Source: Burkholderiales bacterium (lineage in GTDB: Bacteria; Pseudomonadota; Gammaproteobacteria; Burkholderiales; SG8-39). Taken from it: 64,000 nucleotides of DNA. How positions within the stretch are numbered: position 1 is the first letter of the stretch; each line of letters begins with the position of its first letter. Made by a program: the position numbers and the translations under genes. The DNA lies in assembly GCA_036406675.1 (NCBI GenBank), contig DASXAO010000114.1:1739-65738 (forward strand). Reading direction: 5' to 3'. Under the pieces are notes generated by a model. The model made no database searches. It saw nothing but the letters and a program-made list of their open reading frames with translations, and was not told where the DNA came from. Shown here in pieces: positions 28,808-39,510 of this stretch.

Positions 28808-30145
28808 ATGAACGCACGCGCGGATCTGCAGGCCATGAGCCCCGTCAATCTCCAGCACTACTGGATGCCCTTCACCGACAACCGGCGGTTCAAGGCGAAG
28901 CCGCGCCTCATCGCCTCGGCGAAGGACATGTACTTCACGACCGTCGAAGGCAAGGAGGTGCTCGACGGCCTGGCGACGCTGTGGTGCGTCAACGCCGGAC
29001 ACGGCAGGCCGCGCATCGTCGAGGCGATCCGGAGCCAGGCGGCCGAGCTCGACTTCGCGTCGTCGTTCGCGCTGGGCCACCCGCTGCCGTTCCGCCTCGC
29101 CGAGCGCATCGCGGCGATCGCGCCGCAGGGCATGCAGCAGGTGTTCTTCACCAACTCGGGCTCCGAGGCGGTCGACACCGCGCTCAAGATCGCGGTGGCC
29201 TACCACCGCCTGCGCGGCCAGGGCACGCGCACGCGCTTCATCGGCCGCGAGCGCTCGTACCACGGCGTCAACATCGGCGGCACCTCGGTCGGCGGCGTGG
29301 CGGCGAACCGCAAGGCCTACAGCGGCATGCTGATGCCGGGCGTGGACCACCTGCGGCACACCCACGACCTTTCCAGGAATGCCTTTTCGCGGGGACAGCC
29401 CGACCACGGCGCCGAGCTCGCCGACGAGCTCGAGAGCCGCATCATCCCGCTGCACGACGCTTCGAACATCGCGGCGCTGATCGTCGACCCGGTGGCGGCC
29501 TCGGGCGGCGTCCTCGTTCCGCCCAAGGGCTATCTCGAGCGCCTACGCGACATCTGCACGCGGCACGGCATCCTGCTCATCTTCGACGAGGTGATCACCG
29601 GCTGGGGACGCACGGGCGCGACCTTCGCCGCGCAGCACCTGGGCATCAAGCCCGACCTCATCACCTTCGCCAAGGGCATCACCTCGGGCGCGGTGCCGCT
29701 CGGCGGCGTGCTGGTGCGCGACAGCGTCTACCAGACGTTCATGGGCTCGCAGGCCGCGGGCATGGAGTTCTTCCACGGCTACACGTACTCCGGCCACCCG
29801 CTCGCGTGCGCCGCGGCGCTCGGCGCCCTCGACACCTACGCGGAAGAAAACCTGTTCCAGGCGCCCCAGGCGCAATACTTCGAGGAAGGCGTGCACTCGC
29901 TCAAAGGGCTGCCGAACGTCGTCGACTGCCGTAACCTCGGCCTGATCGGCGCGATCGAGCTCGCCTCGCGCCCCGGCGCCGTCGGCGAGCGCGGCTACGA
30001 GGCGTTCGAGAAATGCTGGGATCGCGGCGTATTCGTGCGTCCGGTCGGCGACTCGGTGGCCTTCTGCCCGCCGCTCATCGCGCAGAAGAAGCACCTCGAC
30101 CAGATGTTCGGCACCGTCGCCGAGGTTCTTAAAACAGTAGGCTAA
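28808..30145 (+). CDS. Class-III PLP aminotransferase (omega-amino acid/beta-alanine--pyruvate transaminase-like)
   Basis: YWMPFTDNR, FTNSGSEAVDTALK, LIFDEVITGWGRTG and FAKGITSGAVPLGG (the PLP lysine) are present. I prefer ATG 28808 to the ORF-track GTG at 28799. Confidence 0.9.
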   Translation: MNARADLQAMSPVNLQHYWMPFTDNRRFKAKPRLIASAKDMYFTTVEGKEVLDGLATLWCVNAGHGRPRIVEAIRSQAAELDFASSFALGHPLPFRLAERIAAIAPQGMQQVFFTNSGSEAVDTALKIAVAYHRLRGQGTRTRFIGRERSYHGVNIGGTSVGGVAANRKAYSGMLMPGVDHLRHTHDLSRNAFSRGQPDHGAELADELESRIIPLHDASNIAALIVDPVAASGGVLVPPKGYLERLRDICTRHGILLIFDEVITGWGRTGATFAAQHLGIKPDLITFAKGITSGAVPLGGVLVRDSVYQTFMGSQAAGMEFFHGYTYSGHPLACAAALGALDTYAEENLFQAPQAQYFEEGVHSLKGLPNVVDCRNLGLIGAIELASRPGAVGERGYEAFEKCWDRGVFVRPVGDSVAFCPPLIAQKKHLDQMFGTVAEVLKTVG

Positions 30146-30146
30146 G

Positions 30147-30174
30147 GGAAAAATAGGGACAGTCCCTATTTTTC
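30147..30174. repeat. REP-like palindromic element, A-type core (GGAAAAATAGGGACAGTCCCTATTTTTC)
   Basis: Perfect 12-bp arms around a central A. It fills the whole gap between the convergent stops at 30143-30145 and 30175-30177. Confidence 0.9.
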
Positions 30175-31140
30175 TTACAACCAGCCCGCCTTCCGGAAGC
30201 GGGTGAAGAGGAAAGCGTCGATCCCGGCCATCAGGCCGATCGATACCGGGTAGCCGAGCGCCCAGTCGAGCTCCGGCATGTGCTTGAAGTTCATGCCGTA
30301 GACGCCTGCGATCATGGTCGGGACCGCCACCAGCGCGGCGTAGGCGGCGAGCCGCTTGGTGATCTCGCCGTGCCCCATGTTGACCACCGCGAGCGCGACC
30401 TGGATCGCGGTGTTCACGGTCTCGCGCGCGGCATCGGTCGACTGGTTGATGCGGATGAGATGGTCGTAGACGTCGCGGAAGTACTCACCCAGGCCGGTGC
30501 AGACCATCGGCACGCGCCCGCCGTAGAGCTTGCCGACGTTCTCGAGGAGCGGCGCCACCACGTGCTTGAGCGTACCCAGCCTCTGCTTCACGTAGTAGAG
30601 CGCCTCGATGTTCTCCCGCGGCGAGCTGCTGCCGAAGAGCCGATCCTCGACCTTCTCGAGTTGAGCCTCGATGGCATCGAGCACCGGAAAATAGCGGTCG
30701 ACCACCGCGTCCATGAGGACGTACAGCACGAACCCGGCGCCGTGCTTGAGAAGCTCGGGCTCGCGCTCGGCGCGCGCGCGCACCTCCATGAAGCCGCGCT
30801 CGGTGCGGCTGCGCGCCGACAGCACGAAGTTGCGCCCGACGAAGATGTTGACTTCGCCGACGTTGAAGTCGTCGCCCGCGACCTCGATCGTGTGTACCAC
30901 CACGAAGAGCTGGTCGCCGTACTCCTCGATCTTGGGCCGCTGGTGGCCGTGGCGGGCGTCCTCCACCGCGAGGGGGTGCAGGTCGAACTCCTCGCGCATC
31001 TGCTCGAGCTCGGCGTCGGTCGCATCCTTGAGCGCGACCCACACGAAGCAGCCCGGTTTCGCGAGGTAGCTGTGGATCTCGCGAAAGTCGATGTCGGCGA
31101 GCTTGCGGCCCTCCTGGTAGACGACGCAGTTGATGAGCAT
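30175..31140 (-). CDS. corA: Magnesium/cobalt transporter CorA
   Basis: 321 aa with the GMN motif (YGMNFKHMPE) between two C-terminal TM helices. Confidence 0.92.
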   Translation of the reverse strand: MLINCVVYQEGRKLADIDFREIHSYLAKPGCFVWVALKDATDAELEQMREEFDLHPLAVEDARHGHQRPKIEEYGDQLFVVVHTIEVAGDDFNVGEVNIFVGRNFVLSARSRTERGFMEVRARAEREPELLKHGAGFVLYVLMDAVVDRYFPVLDAIEAQLEKVEDRLFGSSSPRENIEALYYVKQRLGTLKHVVAPLLENVGKLYGGRVPMVCTGLGEYFRDVYDHLIRINQSTDAARETVNTAIQVALAVVNMGHGEITKRLAAYAALVAVPTMIAGVYGMNFKHMPELDWALGYPVSIGLMAGIDAFLFTRFRKAGWL

Positions 31141-31210
31141 GGTCTGGTCAGATCAACTTTTCCGCGCCGCATGTTACCCCGTTACAATCGCGGGCTCCCG
31201 GTAAAAAGTT

Positions 31211-31225
31211 GCTCTGACCCCATTT
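31211..31225. repeat. Half-unit of the REP-like family (GCTCTGACCCCATTT)
   Basis: A single arm identical in pattern to the right arm of unit 39483-39510. It directly abuts the ATG at 31226. Confidence 0.5.
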
Positions 31226-32440
31226 ATGCCCGAGATCAGCCGACGCGCTGCCAGCCTAGGAACCGAAAACGCCTTCGTCGTGCTCGCGGAAGTGAACGCG
31301 CTGGCGCGCCAGGGGCGCGACATCATCAGCTTCTGCATCGGCCAGCCGGACTTCCCCGCGCCCGAGAACGTGCAGCAGGCGGCGATCCGCGCCATCAAGG
31401 GCGGCAAGCATGGCTATACGCCCTCGGCCGGCATCGACGAGCTGCGCGAGGCGGCCGCGCGATACATGGCGGCGATGCGCGGCGGATTGCCCATCCGGGC
31501 GCAGGACATCGTGGTTGGCGCCGGCGCCAAGCCCTTCATTGCTTACGCCATCCTGTCAGCCACCGACTACGGCGCCGGGGACGAGGTGATCTACCCCAAT
31601 CCCGGCTTTCCGATCTACGAGTCGCAGATCCTGGCGCACGGCGCGCGGCCGGTGCCGATCCACCTGCACGAGGCGCGGGGCTTTTCGTTCGATCCCGCCG
31701 AGCTCGAGCGGCTCATCACGCCGCGGACCAGGCTTCTCATCCTCAACTACCCGCACAACCCGACCGGCGGGCTGCTCTCGCGCAAGGAGCTTGAGGACAT
31801 CGCCGCCGTTCTGAAGAAGCACCCCCAGGTCTGGGTGTACGCGGACGAGATCTACTCCCGCCTCGCTTATTCGGGCGAGTTCTTCTCCATCGCGCAGGTT
31901 CCGGGGATGTACGAGCGCACGATCATTTCCGACGGCGCCTCCAAAACCTGGGCCATGACCGGCTGGCGCATCGGGCTCACGTCGAACCCCGTACTCGCTG
32001 CGGTCTTCACCCGCTGGATCACCAATACCGACTCCTGCGCCTCGCAGATCAGCCAGTGGGCGGCGGTCGAGGCGATCAACGGGCCGCAGGACGCCGCCGA
32101 GGCCATGAAGCAGAGCTTCGAGGAGCGGCGCGACCTGATCGTCGGGCTTCTCAACCAGGTGCCGGGCGTGAAGTGCCTCACGCCGGGCGGGGCTTTCTAC
32201 GTCTGGCCGAACGTCACCGAGGCCTGCCGCCGGGTCGGCGCACAGGACTCCGAAGAGTTCAGGAAGCGCCTGCTGAACGAGGCCGGCGTCGCGCTGCTCG
32301 CCGACATCCATTTCGGCTCGCGCGTCCCGGGCGAAGGGCAGCACGTGCGGTTCTCCTATGCGGCCTCGAAGCAGGCGATCGAGGCGGGCGTAGGCCGCAT
32401 GGCCGATTTCATCCGGAAAAATACGAAGAAAGCGGCATGA
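31226..32440 (+). CDS. Class-I/II PLP aminotransferase (aspartate/aromatic aminotransferase-like)
   Basis: 404 aa. IGQPDF, NYPHNPTGG and SDGASKTWAMTGWRIG (the PLP lysine block) are present. Confidence 0.9.
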   Translation: MPEISRRAASLGTENAFVVLAEVNALARQGRDIISFCIGQPDFPAPENVQQAAIRAIKGGKHGYTPSAGIDELREAAARYMAAMRGGLPIRAQDIVVGAGAKPFIAYAILSATDYGAGDEVIYPNPGFPIYESQILAHGARPVPIHLHEARGFSFDPAELERLITPRTRLLILNYPHNPTGGLLSRKELEDIAAVLKKHPQVWVYADEIYSRLAYSGEFFSIAQVPGMYERTIISDGASKTWAMTGWRIGLTSNPVLAAVFTRWITNTDSCASQISQWAAVEAINGPQDAAEAMKQSFEERRDLIVGLLNQVPGVKCLTPGGAFYVWPNVTEACRRVGAQDSEEFRKRLLNEAGVALLADIHFGSRVPGEGQHVRFSYAASKQAIEAGVGRMADFIRKNTKKAA

Positions 32441-32886
32441 CCGTTTGGAAGCCGTCGGCGACTGTGGCGGCGGTCGTCGAGCGCGACGGCCGTTTTCTCT
32501 TCGTCGAAGAGCACATCGAAGGCCGGCGGGTGCTGAACCAGCCCGCCGGCCATCTCGACCCGGGCGAGTCGCTCGTCGCCGCGTGCCGGCGCGAAGTGCT
32601 CGAGGAGACGGCGCACCGCTTCGAGCCGACCGCGCTCGTCGGCATCTACCGCTGGCACTACGCGCCGAAGGACGTGACGTTTCTGCGCTTCTGCTTCCGC
32701 GGCCGCGTCGAGGGCGTCGAGGAGCGGCCGCTCGACCGCGAGATCGTGGCGCTGCACTGGCTCTCGCGCGAGGAGCTCCTCGCGCGGCGTGCGCAGCATC
32801 GCTCGCCGCTCGTGCAGCGCTGCGTCGACGACTATGCCGCGGGGCGCAGCTTCCCGCTCGAGGTCTTCTCCAGCGAATATGCCTGA
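32437..32886 (+). CDS. NUDIX hydrolase
   Basis: Internal ATG (32437) of ORF 32056..32886 gives 149 aa with the Nudix box [23 protein letters not shown]. Its start forms an ATGA overlap with the upstream stop. Confidence 0.88.
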   Translation: MTVWKPSATVAAVVERDGRFLFVEEHIEGRRVLNQPAGHLDPGESLVAACRREVLEETAHRFEPTALVGIYRWHYAPKDVTFLRFCFRGRVEGVEERPLDREIVALHWLSREELLARRAQHRSPLVQRCVDDYAAGRSFPLEVFSSEYA

Positions 32887-33949
32887 GCGGGTGGTAGTCG
32901 GCATGTCGGGCGGGGTCGACTCCGCCGTCGCGGCGCTTCTCCTCAAGCGCGCAGGGTGGGACGTGGTCGGCCTCTTCATGAAGAACTGGGAGGACGATGA
33001 CGACGACGAGTACTGCTCGACGCGGCAGGACCTGATCGACGCGGCCGCCGCCGCCGATGTGATCGGGATCGACCTCGAGGCGGTCAACTTCTCGGCCGAG
33101 TACAAGGACCGGGTGTTCGCCGATTTTCTGCGCGAATACGCCGCCGGCCGCACGCCGAACCCGGACGTGCTGTGCAACGCCGAGATCAAGTTCAAGGCCT
33201 TTCTCGACCATGCCATGCGCCTCGGCGCCTCGAAAATCGCCACCGGGCATTACGCCCGGACCGGTTTTTCCGAAAACCGGTTTCAGCTCCTCCGGGGAAA
33301 CGATACGGCGAAAGACCAAAGCTATTTTCTCCACCGGCTCAACCAGGAGCAGCTCGCGCGCGTGATGTTTCCGGTCGGCGCGCTGAAGAAGCCGGAAGTG
33401 CGCCGCCTCGCGCTCGAGGCGGGCTTGCCCAACCACGCCAAGAAGGACTCGACCGGGATCTGCTTCATCGGCGAGAGGCCGTTCCGTGAGTTCCTGAACC
33501 GCTACCTGCCCAAAGTGCCCGGGCCGATCAAGACCCCGGAAGGCCGGGTGCTCGGAGAGCACGTCGGGCTTGCCTTCTACACCATCGGGCAGAGAAAGGG
33601 CATCGGCATCGGCGGCATGGCGAAGACGAAGGCGGGCGCCTGGTACGTCGCCGACAAGCGCCTGGAGTCGAACGAGCTCATCGTGGTGCAGGACCACGAC
33701 CACCCGCTCCTGATGAAAAAGGCCTTGAGCGCCTCCGACGCAAGCTGGGTGGCCGGCGCCCCGCCGGAGAAGAAAAACGCCACGGCGAAGACGCGCTACC
33801 GGCAGCCCGACGCGCCGTGCTCGCTCGAGCGGGTCGTCGAAAGCGAAATCCGCGTGGGCTTCGAAGCGCCGCAGTGGGCGGTGACCCCCGGGCAATCGGT
33901 GGTGCTCTACGAGGGCGAAGCCTGCCTCGGCGGCGGCATCATTACCTAG
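32879..33949 (+). CDS. mnmA: tRNA 2-thiouridine(34) synthase MnmA
   Basis: Internal ATG (32879) gives [22 protein letters not shown], a PP-loop. [10 protein letters not shown] and KDQSYFL blocks are present. Its start overlaps the NUDIX stop by 8 nt. Confidence 0.93.
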   Translation: MPERVVVGMSGGVDSAVAALLLKRAGWDVVGLFMKNWEDDDDDEYCSTRQDLIDAAAAADVIGIDLEAVNFSAEYKDRVFADFLREYAAGRTPNPDVLCNAEIKFKAFLDHAMRLGASKIATGHYARTGFSENRFQLLRGNDTAKDQSYFLHRLNQEQLARVMFPVGALKKPEVRRLALEAGLPNHAKKDSTGICFIGERPFREFLNRYLPKVPGPIKTPEGRVLGEHVGLAFYTIGQRKGIGIGGMAKTKAGAWYVADKRLESNELIVVQDHDHPLLMKKALSASDASWVAGAPPEKKNATAKTRYRQPDAPCSLERVVESEIRVGFEAPQWAVTPGQSVVLYEGEACLGGGIIT

Positions 33950-33951
33950 GC

Positions 33952-34797
33952 ATGCCCAGAACCTTCTTCGACCGGCCTGGCCACAAGGTTCGGCTCGACG
34001 ACATCTCGGCCGAGCCGCCGAAGGCCATGACGCGCGAAAAGGCCGAGCCGCGATTGGCGGAGCTCGGCGAGGAGCTGTTCGCGCTGCAGGACGAGATGTT
34101 TTCGGCGAAAGCGAGCAGCGTGCTGGTCGTCCTGCAGGGCCGCGACACCGCCGGCAAGGACGGCACCATCAAGCACGTGGCCGGCTACCTCAACCCCCGA
34201 GGGGTGAGCGTGGTGTCCTTCGGCGTTCCGACGCACGAGGAGCGCGACCACGACTTCCTGTGGCGGGTGCACCGCCACGCGCCGCGGCTGGGGGAGTTCG
34301 CGATCTTCAACCGCTCGCACTACGAGGACGTGCTCGTGGTGCGAGTGCACGAGCTCGCGCCGAAGGCGCTGTGGAAGGCGCGCTACGGCCATATCGCCGA
34401 TTTCGAGGCGATGCTGGCCGAGCACGGCACGATCGTGCTCAAGTATTTCCTCCACATCACCAAGCGCGAGCAGAAGGAGCGGCTTCTGGAGCGCGAGAAG
34501 GACCCGGCCAACGCCTGGAAGCTCAATCCGAACGACTGGAAGGAGCGCGACTGCTGGGACGAGTACACCGAGGCGTACGAGGACGCCATCTCGAAAACGG
34601 CGGCCAAGCATGCGCCGTGGACCGTGGTCCCGGCGAACGCCAAGTGGTACCGCAACCTCGTCGTCGCCGAGTCGATCGTCGCGGCGCTGCGCGCGCATCG
34701 TAAGGGGTGGGATCGCAGGTTGAAGAGCATGGCTGCCGAAGCGATCGGCGCTCTTTCGGCTTATCGGAAGGGTAAGAAGGAAAAAAAGGAAAAATAG
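33952..34797 (+). CDS. Polyphosphate kinase 2 (PPK2) family nucleotide phosphotransferase
   Basis: Internal ATG (33952) gives 281 aa. Walker-A-like LQGRDTAGKDG, then FLWRVHRHAPRLGEFAIFNRSHYEDV. A Lys/Glu-rich tail ends in EK* and is encoded by a repeat unit. Confidence 0.88.
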   Translation: MPRTFFDRPGHKVRLDDISAEPPKAMTREKAEPRLAELGEELFALQDEMFSAKASSVLVVLQGRDTAGKDGTIKHVAGYLNPRGVSVVSFGVPTHEERDHDFLWRVHRHAPRLGEFAIFNRSHYEDVLVVRVHELAPKALWKARYGHIADFEAMLAEHGTIVLKYFLHITKREQKERLLEREKDPANAWKLNPNDWKERDCWDEYTEAYEDAISKTAAKHAPWTVVPANAKWYRNLVVAESIVAALRAHRKGWDRRLKSMAAEAIGALSAYRKGKKEKKEK

Positions 34798-34817
34798 GGA
34801 CTGTCCCTATTTTCTCC
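34788..34817. repeat. REP-like palindromic element, A-type core (GGAAAAATAGGGACTGTCCCTATTTTCTCC)
   Basis: Contains the PPK2 stop TAG (34795-34797). It lies between the convergent PPK2 and GST genes. Confidence 0.9.
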
Positions 34818-34836
34818 AGAAACAGATTTTTTGTGG

Positions 34837-35415
34837 TTACTTAGGCGCCGTATCGGCGAACGCAGGGCGCTCGAGAAGCTTCTGGTAGTGCCGCGCGAGC
34901 GCTGGGTACTCGCTCGGCCAGTCGACGTCGCCCGGCTTGCGAAACCCGAGCCAGCCCACGCAACAGCCCACGGCGATGTCTGCGAGCGAGTAGCGCTCGC
35001 CATGGCACCAGCTCTTGGCTCCGAGCTCGGCCTCGAGGCGGGCCATGCCGCGGTGCATGCGCGCGACCTGCTTGTCGAGCTGGAAGCCGCCGCGCACCAG
35101 GATGCCCGCGTCGACCACGCCGTCGGCCAGCGCCTCCCAGCGGCGCACCTGCATGCGGTCGCGGAAGTCCGCCGGAATGAGGCGGTTGAGCGGCGAGGCG
35201 TGATCGAGGAATTCGACGATGACGCGCGAGTCGTAGAGCGCGGTGCCGTCGTCGAGCGCGAGCGTGGGAATCTTGCCGAGCGGGTTGTACGGGTTGACCG
35301 GGTTTGCCGCCGGCGCGACGTCCACGAGCTCCATGTCGAAATCGATCTTCTTCTCGGCGAGCACCACGCGCACCTTGCGCGTGTATGGACTTGCAGGTGA
35401 GGCCAGGAGTTTCAT
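34837..35415 (-). CDS. Glutathione S-transferase family protein (YibF-like)
   Basis: 192 aa. MKLLASPASPYTRKVRVVLAEKKI...NPLGKIPTLALDDGTALYDSRVIVEFL is a GST N-terminal thioredoxin-like domain. Confidence 0.85.
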   Translation of the reverse strand: MKLLASPASPYTRKVRVVLAEKKIDFDMELVDVAPAANPVNPYNPLGKIPTLALDDGTALYDSRVIVEFLDHASPLNRLIPADFRDRMQVRRWEALADGVVDAGILVRGGFQLDKQVARMHRGMARLEAELGAKSWCHGERYSLADIAVGCCVGWLGFRKPGDVDWPSEYPALARHYQKLLERPAFADTAPK

Positions 35416-35429
35416 TTGGGATGAAGCGA

Positions 35430-36020
35430 TTATAGCGGGCCGATGCAGCGCCGGACCCTGCGCCGCAGCGCCGGGATCACCTCATCTGCGAACCAGGGGT
35501 TCTTGGCGATCCAGGCCTTGTTGCGCCAGCTCGGATGCGGCAGGACGAAGAACTCGGGCAGGTAGTCGCGGAACGCGCGCACCGTTTCTCCGACGCCTTT
35601 CTTTCTTTTCCCCTTCAGGTAGTACGCCTGCGCGTAGCTTCCAACCAGGAGAGTCAATCTGATGTCAGGAAGCGCGGCGCGAAAGAGCGGTTGCCACTGG
35701 GGCGCGCACTCCCGGCAAGGCGGCAGGTCGGCGCCGTCCACCGTGCCCGGATAGCAAAGACCGGTCGGCACGATGGCGATGCGGGTGGTGTCGTAGAAGC
35801 GCCCGCGCTCGAGCCCAAGCCACGCGCGCAGCACGTCGCCGGAGGGATCGTTCCACGGGATGCCGGTCTCGTGCACCCGGCGTCCCGGTGCCTGGCCGAC
35901 GATGAGCAGGCGCGCGCGCCGTCCGACGAGAAAGACCGGCTTGGGCTCGAACGGCAGCTTGGCTTTGCACAGGGTGCAGGCGCGCGCCTCGCTCGCGACA
36001 CGGGAAAGCGAAACAGGCAT
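35430..36020 (-). CDS. Uracil-DNA glycosylase superfamily protein
   Basis: 196 aa. LLIVGQAPG (motif A) and VLPHPSWRN (motif B) match the UDG superfamily pattern. Confidence 0.8.
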   Translation of the reverse strand: MPVSLSRVASEARACTLCKAKLPFEPKPVFLVGRRARLLIVGQAPGRRVHETGIPWNDPSGDVLRAWLGLERGRFYDTTRIAIVPTGLCYPGTVDGADLPPCRECAPQWQPLFRAALPDIRLTLLVGSYAQAYYLKGKRKKGVGETVRAFRDYLPEFFVLPHPSWRNKAWIAKNPWFADEVIPALRRRVRRCIGPL

Positions 36021-36034
36021 CCCCTTTATAATAG

Positions 36035-37405
<1,371 letters not shown>

Positions 37406-37428
37406 GAATTCCCTGCGATAAGGGTCGA

Positions 37429-39432
37429 ATGATCTACGCCGCGACGATCTTCCTGTCCTCTTTTTTGCTTTTTCTGGTGCAGCCGCTGATCGCGCGGCTG
37501 ATCCTGCCCTGGTTCGGCGGCAGCGCGGCGGTCTGGACGACCTGCATGCTTTTTTTCCAGGCGCTGCTCCTCGCCGGATACGGCTACGCGCACGTTCTCG
37601 AGAAGAAGCTCCCCGCCGGCCGGCTTCAGCCGATCATCCATACGCTGCTCCTCGCCGCGGCGGTGGCGACCCTGCCGATTTCGCCGTCCGAGGCTTGGAA
37701 GCCCATCGGCAACGAGGAGCCCATCAGCCGCATCCTCCTCCTGCTCGGCGCAACGGTCGGGCTTCCCTATCTCCTCGTCGCTTCCACCAGCCCGCTGCTC
37801 CAGGCCTGGTTCGCGCGCGCCCGGCCCGGCGAGAATCCCTACCGGCTCTTCGCCATCTCGAACCTGGCCTCCCTCGTCGCGCTCGTCGGCTATCCGTTCG
37901 TAGTCGAGCCCTTTCTCGCCGCGCACGAGCAGGTGAGGCTGTGGTCGTGGCTCTTCGCCGCATTCGCGCTCGTGTGCGCCTTGGTCGCCTGGCGCACGCC
38001 CCGCGTCGAAGCCGTGAGCGAAGCGCCTGCGGCGGCGCCGGTCGGCAAGCGCGAGATCGGGCTGTGGCTAGCGCTTTCGGCGACGGGCTCGGTGCTGCTC
38101 CTCGCCACGACGAACCATCTCACGCAGAACGTCGCCTCGATCCCGCTTCTCTGGCTCGCGCCCCTGACCCTCTACCTGCTGACCTTCATCATCGCCTTCG
38201 AGGGGCGCAACTGGTACCGCCCGAAACTCGCCTGGCCGTTCGTCTTGGCCTGGCTTGCGGGCATGGCCTGGCTTTTGGTCGACTCGGACTACCATTACAA
38301 CCTGCCGCTGCAGCTCGGCATCTTCCTGCCGGGCCTGTTCCTCGGCTGCCTCTTCTGCCACGGCGAGCTCTACCGCCTGCGCCCCGAGCCGCGACAGCTC
38401 ACCAAGTTCTACCTCATCGTCTCCGCCGGCGGCGCACTCGGGGGCTTCTTCGTGGCCGTGGTCGCGCCGCTGGCGTTCGATGCCTACTACGAGCTCGGCA
38501 TCGGCATGGCCTCGCTCGCGCTCCTCGCCGCCACGCGGTTCGCGCCGCTCGGCCGCTTCCAGAGCGTGGCGAGCCTCGGCGTGCTCATGGGCGTCGCCGC
38601 CTGCGCCGCCTACGACGCGTTCGCCTACCACCGGGATGTGCGCGTGTCCGAGCGCGGCTTCTACGGCGTGCTCAGGGTGAAGGAGTACGGCTCGGCGGGC
38701 GAGCCCGGGCACCTGCGCCGCCTGGTGCACGGCACGATCATGCACGGCGAGCAGTACATGGAGCGCCCCAGGTTCATCACCACCTACTACCAGGAAACCT
38801 CCGGCATCGGCGTCGCGATCAAATCGCGCGAGGAGCGCGGGCCGATCCGCGTGGGGGTGATCGGGCTCGGCACCGGGACCATCGCGGCGTACGGCAGGCC
38901 GGGCGACGTCTATCGCTTTTACGACATCGACCCGCGCGTGGTGCAGCTCGCCCGCCAGGAGTTCACGTTCCTGGGCGATAGCCCGGCGAAGGTCGAGATC
39001 GCGCTCGGCGACGCGCGCCTCACGCTCGAGCGCGAGCCGCCGCAGAACTTCGACGTGCTCGCGGTCGACGCCTTCTCGAGCGACGCCATCCCGGTGCACC
39101 TCATTACCCGCGAGGCGCTCGGCATCTACCTGAAGCACATGAAAAGCGACGGCATCGTCGCCTTCCACGTATCGAACCGATTCCTCGACCTGATCCCCGT
39201 AGTCGCGCGCATCGCGAAAGAGCAGGGGGCGCACGCGGTGCTCGTGAACGACGACCCGGACGACGAGGACGAGAGCCTGCGCTCGCGCAGCGACTGGGTG
39301 CTGGTGTCGCGCGACCCGGCCGCCCTCGAGGCCGAGCCCATCGTCGAGGGCGGCGGCGTCGAGGCCGAGGACCAGCCGCGCTGGCGCACCTGGACCGACG
39401 ACTACTCGAACCTCATCCAGATCTTGAAGTAG
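37429..39432 (+). CDS. Fused multi-TM membrane domain + spermidine synthase-like SAM-dependent methyltransferase-fold protein
   Basis: Internal ATG (37429) of the 1190-aa ORF gives 667 aa. About 10 predicted TM helices are followed by VGVIGLGTGTIAAYGRPGDVYRFYDIDPRVV...VLAVDAFSSDAIPVHL, a spermidine-synthase-like fold. Confidence 0.8.
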   Translation: MIYAATIFLSSFLLFLVQPLIARLILPWFGGSAAVWTTCMLFFQALLLAGYGYAHVLEKKLPAGRLQPIIHTLLLAAAVATLPISPSEAWKPIGNEEPISRILLLLGATVGLPYLLVASTSPLLQAWFARARPGENPYRLFAISNLASLVALVGYPFVVEPFLAAHEQVRLWSWLFAAFALVCALVAWRTPRVEAVSEAPAAAPVGKREIGLWLALSATGSVLLLATTNHLTQNVASIPLLWLAPLTLYLLTFIIAFEGRNWYRPKLAWPFVLAWLAGMAWLLVDSDYHYNLPLQLGIFLPGLFLGCLFCHGELYRLRPEPRQLTKFYLIVSAGGALGGFFVAVVAPLAFDAYYELGIGMASLALLAATRFAPLGRFQSVASLGVLMGVAACAAYDAFAYHRDVRVSERGFYGVLRVKEYGSAGEPGHLRRLVHGTIMHGEQYMERPRFITTYYQETSGIGVAIKSREERGPIRVGVIGLGTGTIAAYGRPGDVYRFYDIDPRVVQLARQEFTFLGDSPAKVEIALGDARLTLEREPPQNFDVLAVDAFSSDAIPVHLITREALGIYLKHMKSDGIVAFHVSNRFLDLIPVVARIAKEQGAHAVLVNDDPDDEDESLRSRSDWVLVSRDPAALEAEPIVEGGGVEAEDQPRWRTWTDDYSNLIQILK

Positions 39433-39440
39433 GAAAAGGA

Positions 39441-39510
39441 GGAAATCCGGGTCAGAGCCCTATTTCCGCGACGCGAAGCTTTGGGAAATAGGGCTCTGAC
39501 CCCGATTTCC
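39441..39510. repeat. Pair of inverted chimeric REP-like units (39441-39467 and 39483-39510)
   Basis: GGAAATCCGGGTCAGAGCCCTATTTCC and GGGAAATAGGGCTCTGACCCCGATTTCC are reverse complements with 1 mismatch, separated by a 15-nt spacer. The secF stop (39510-39512) overlaps the right end. Confidence 0.9.
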
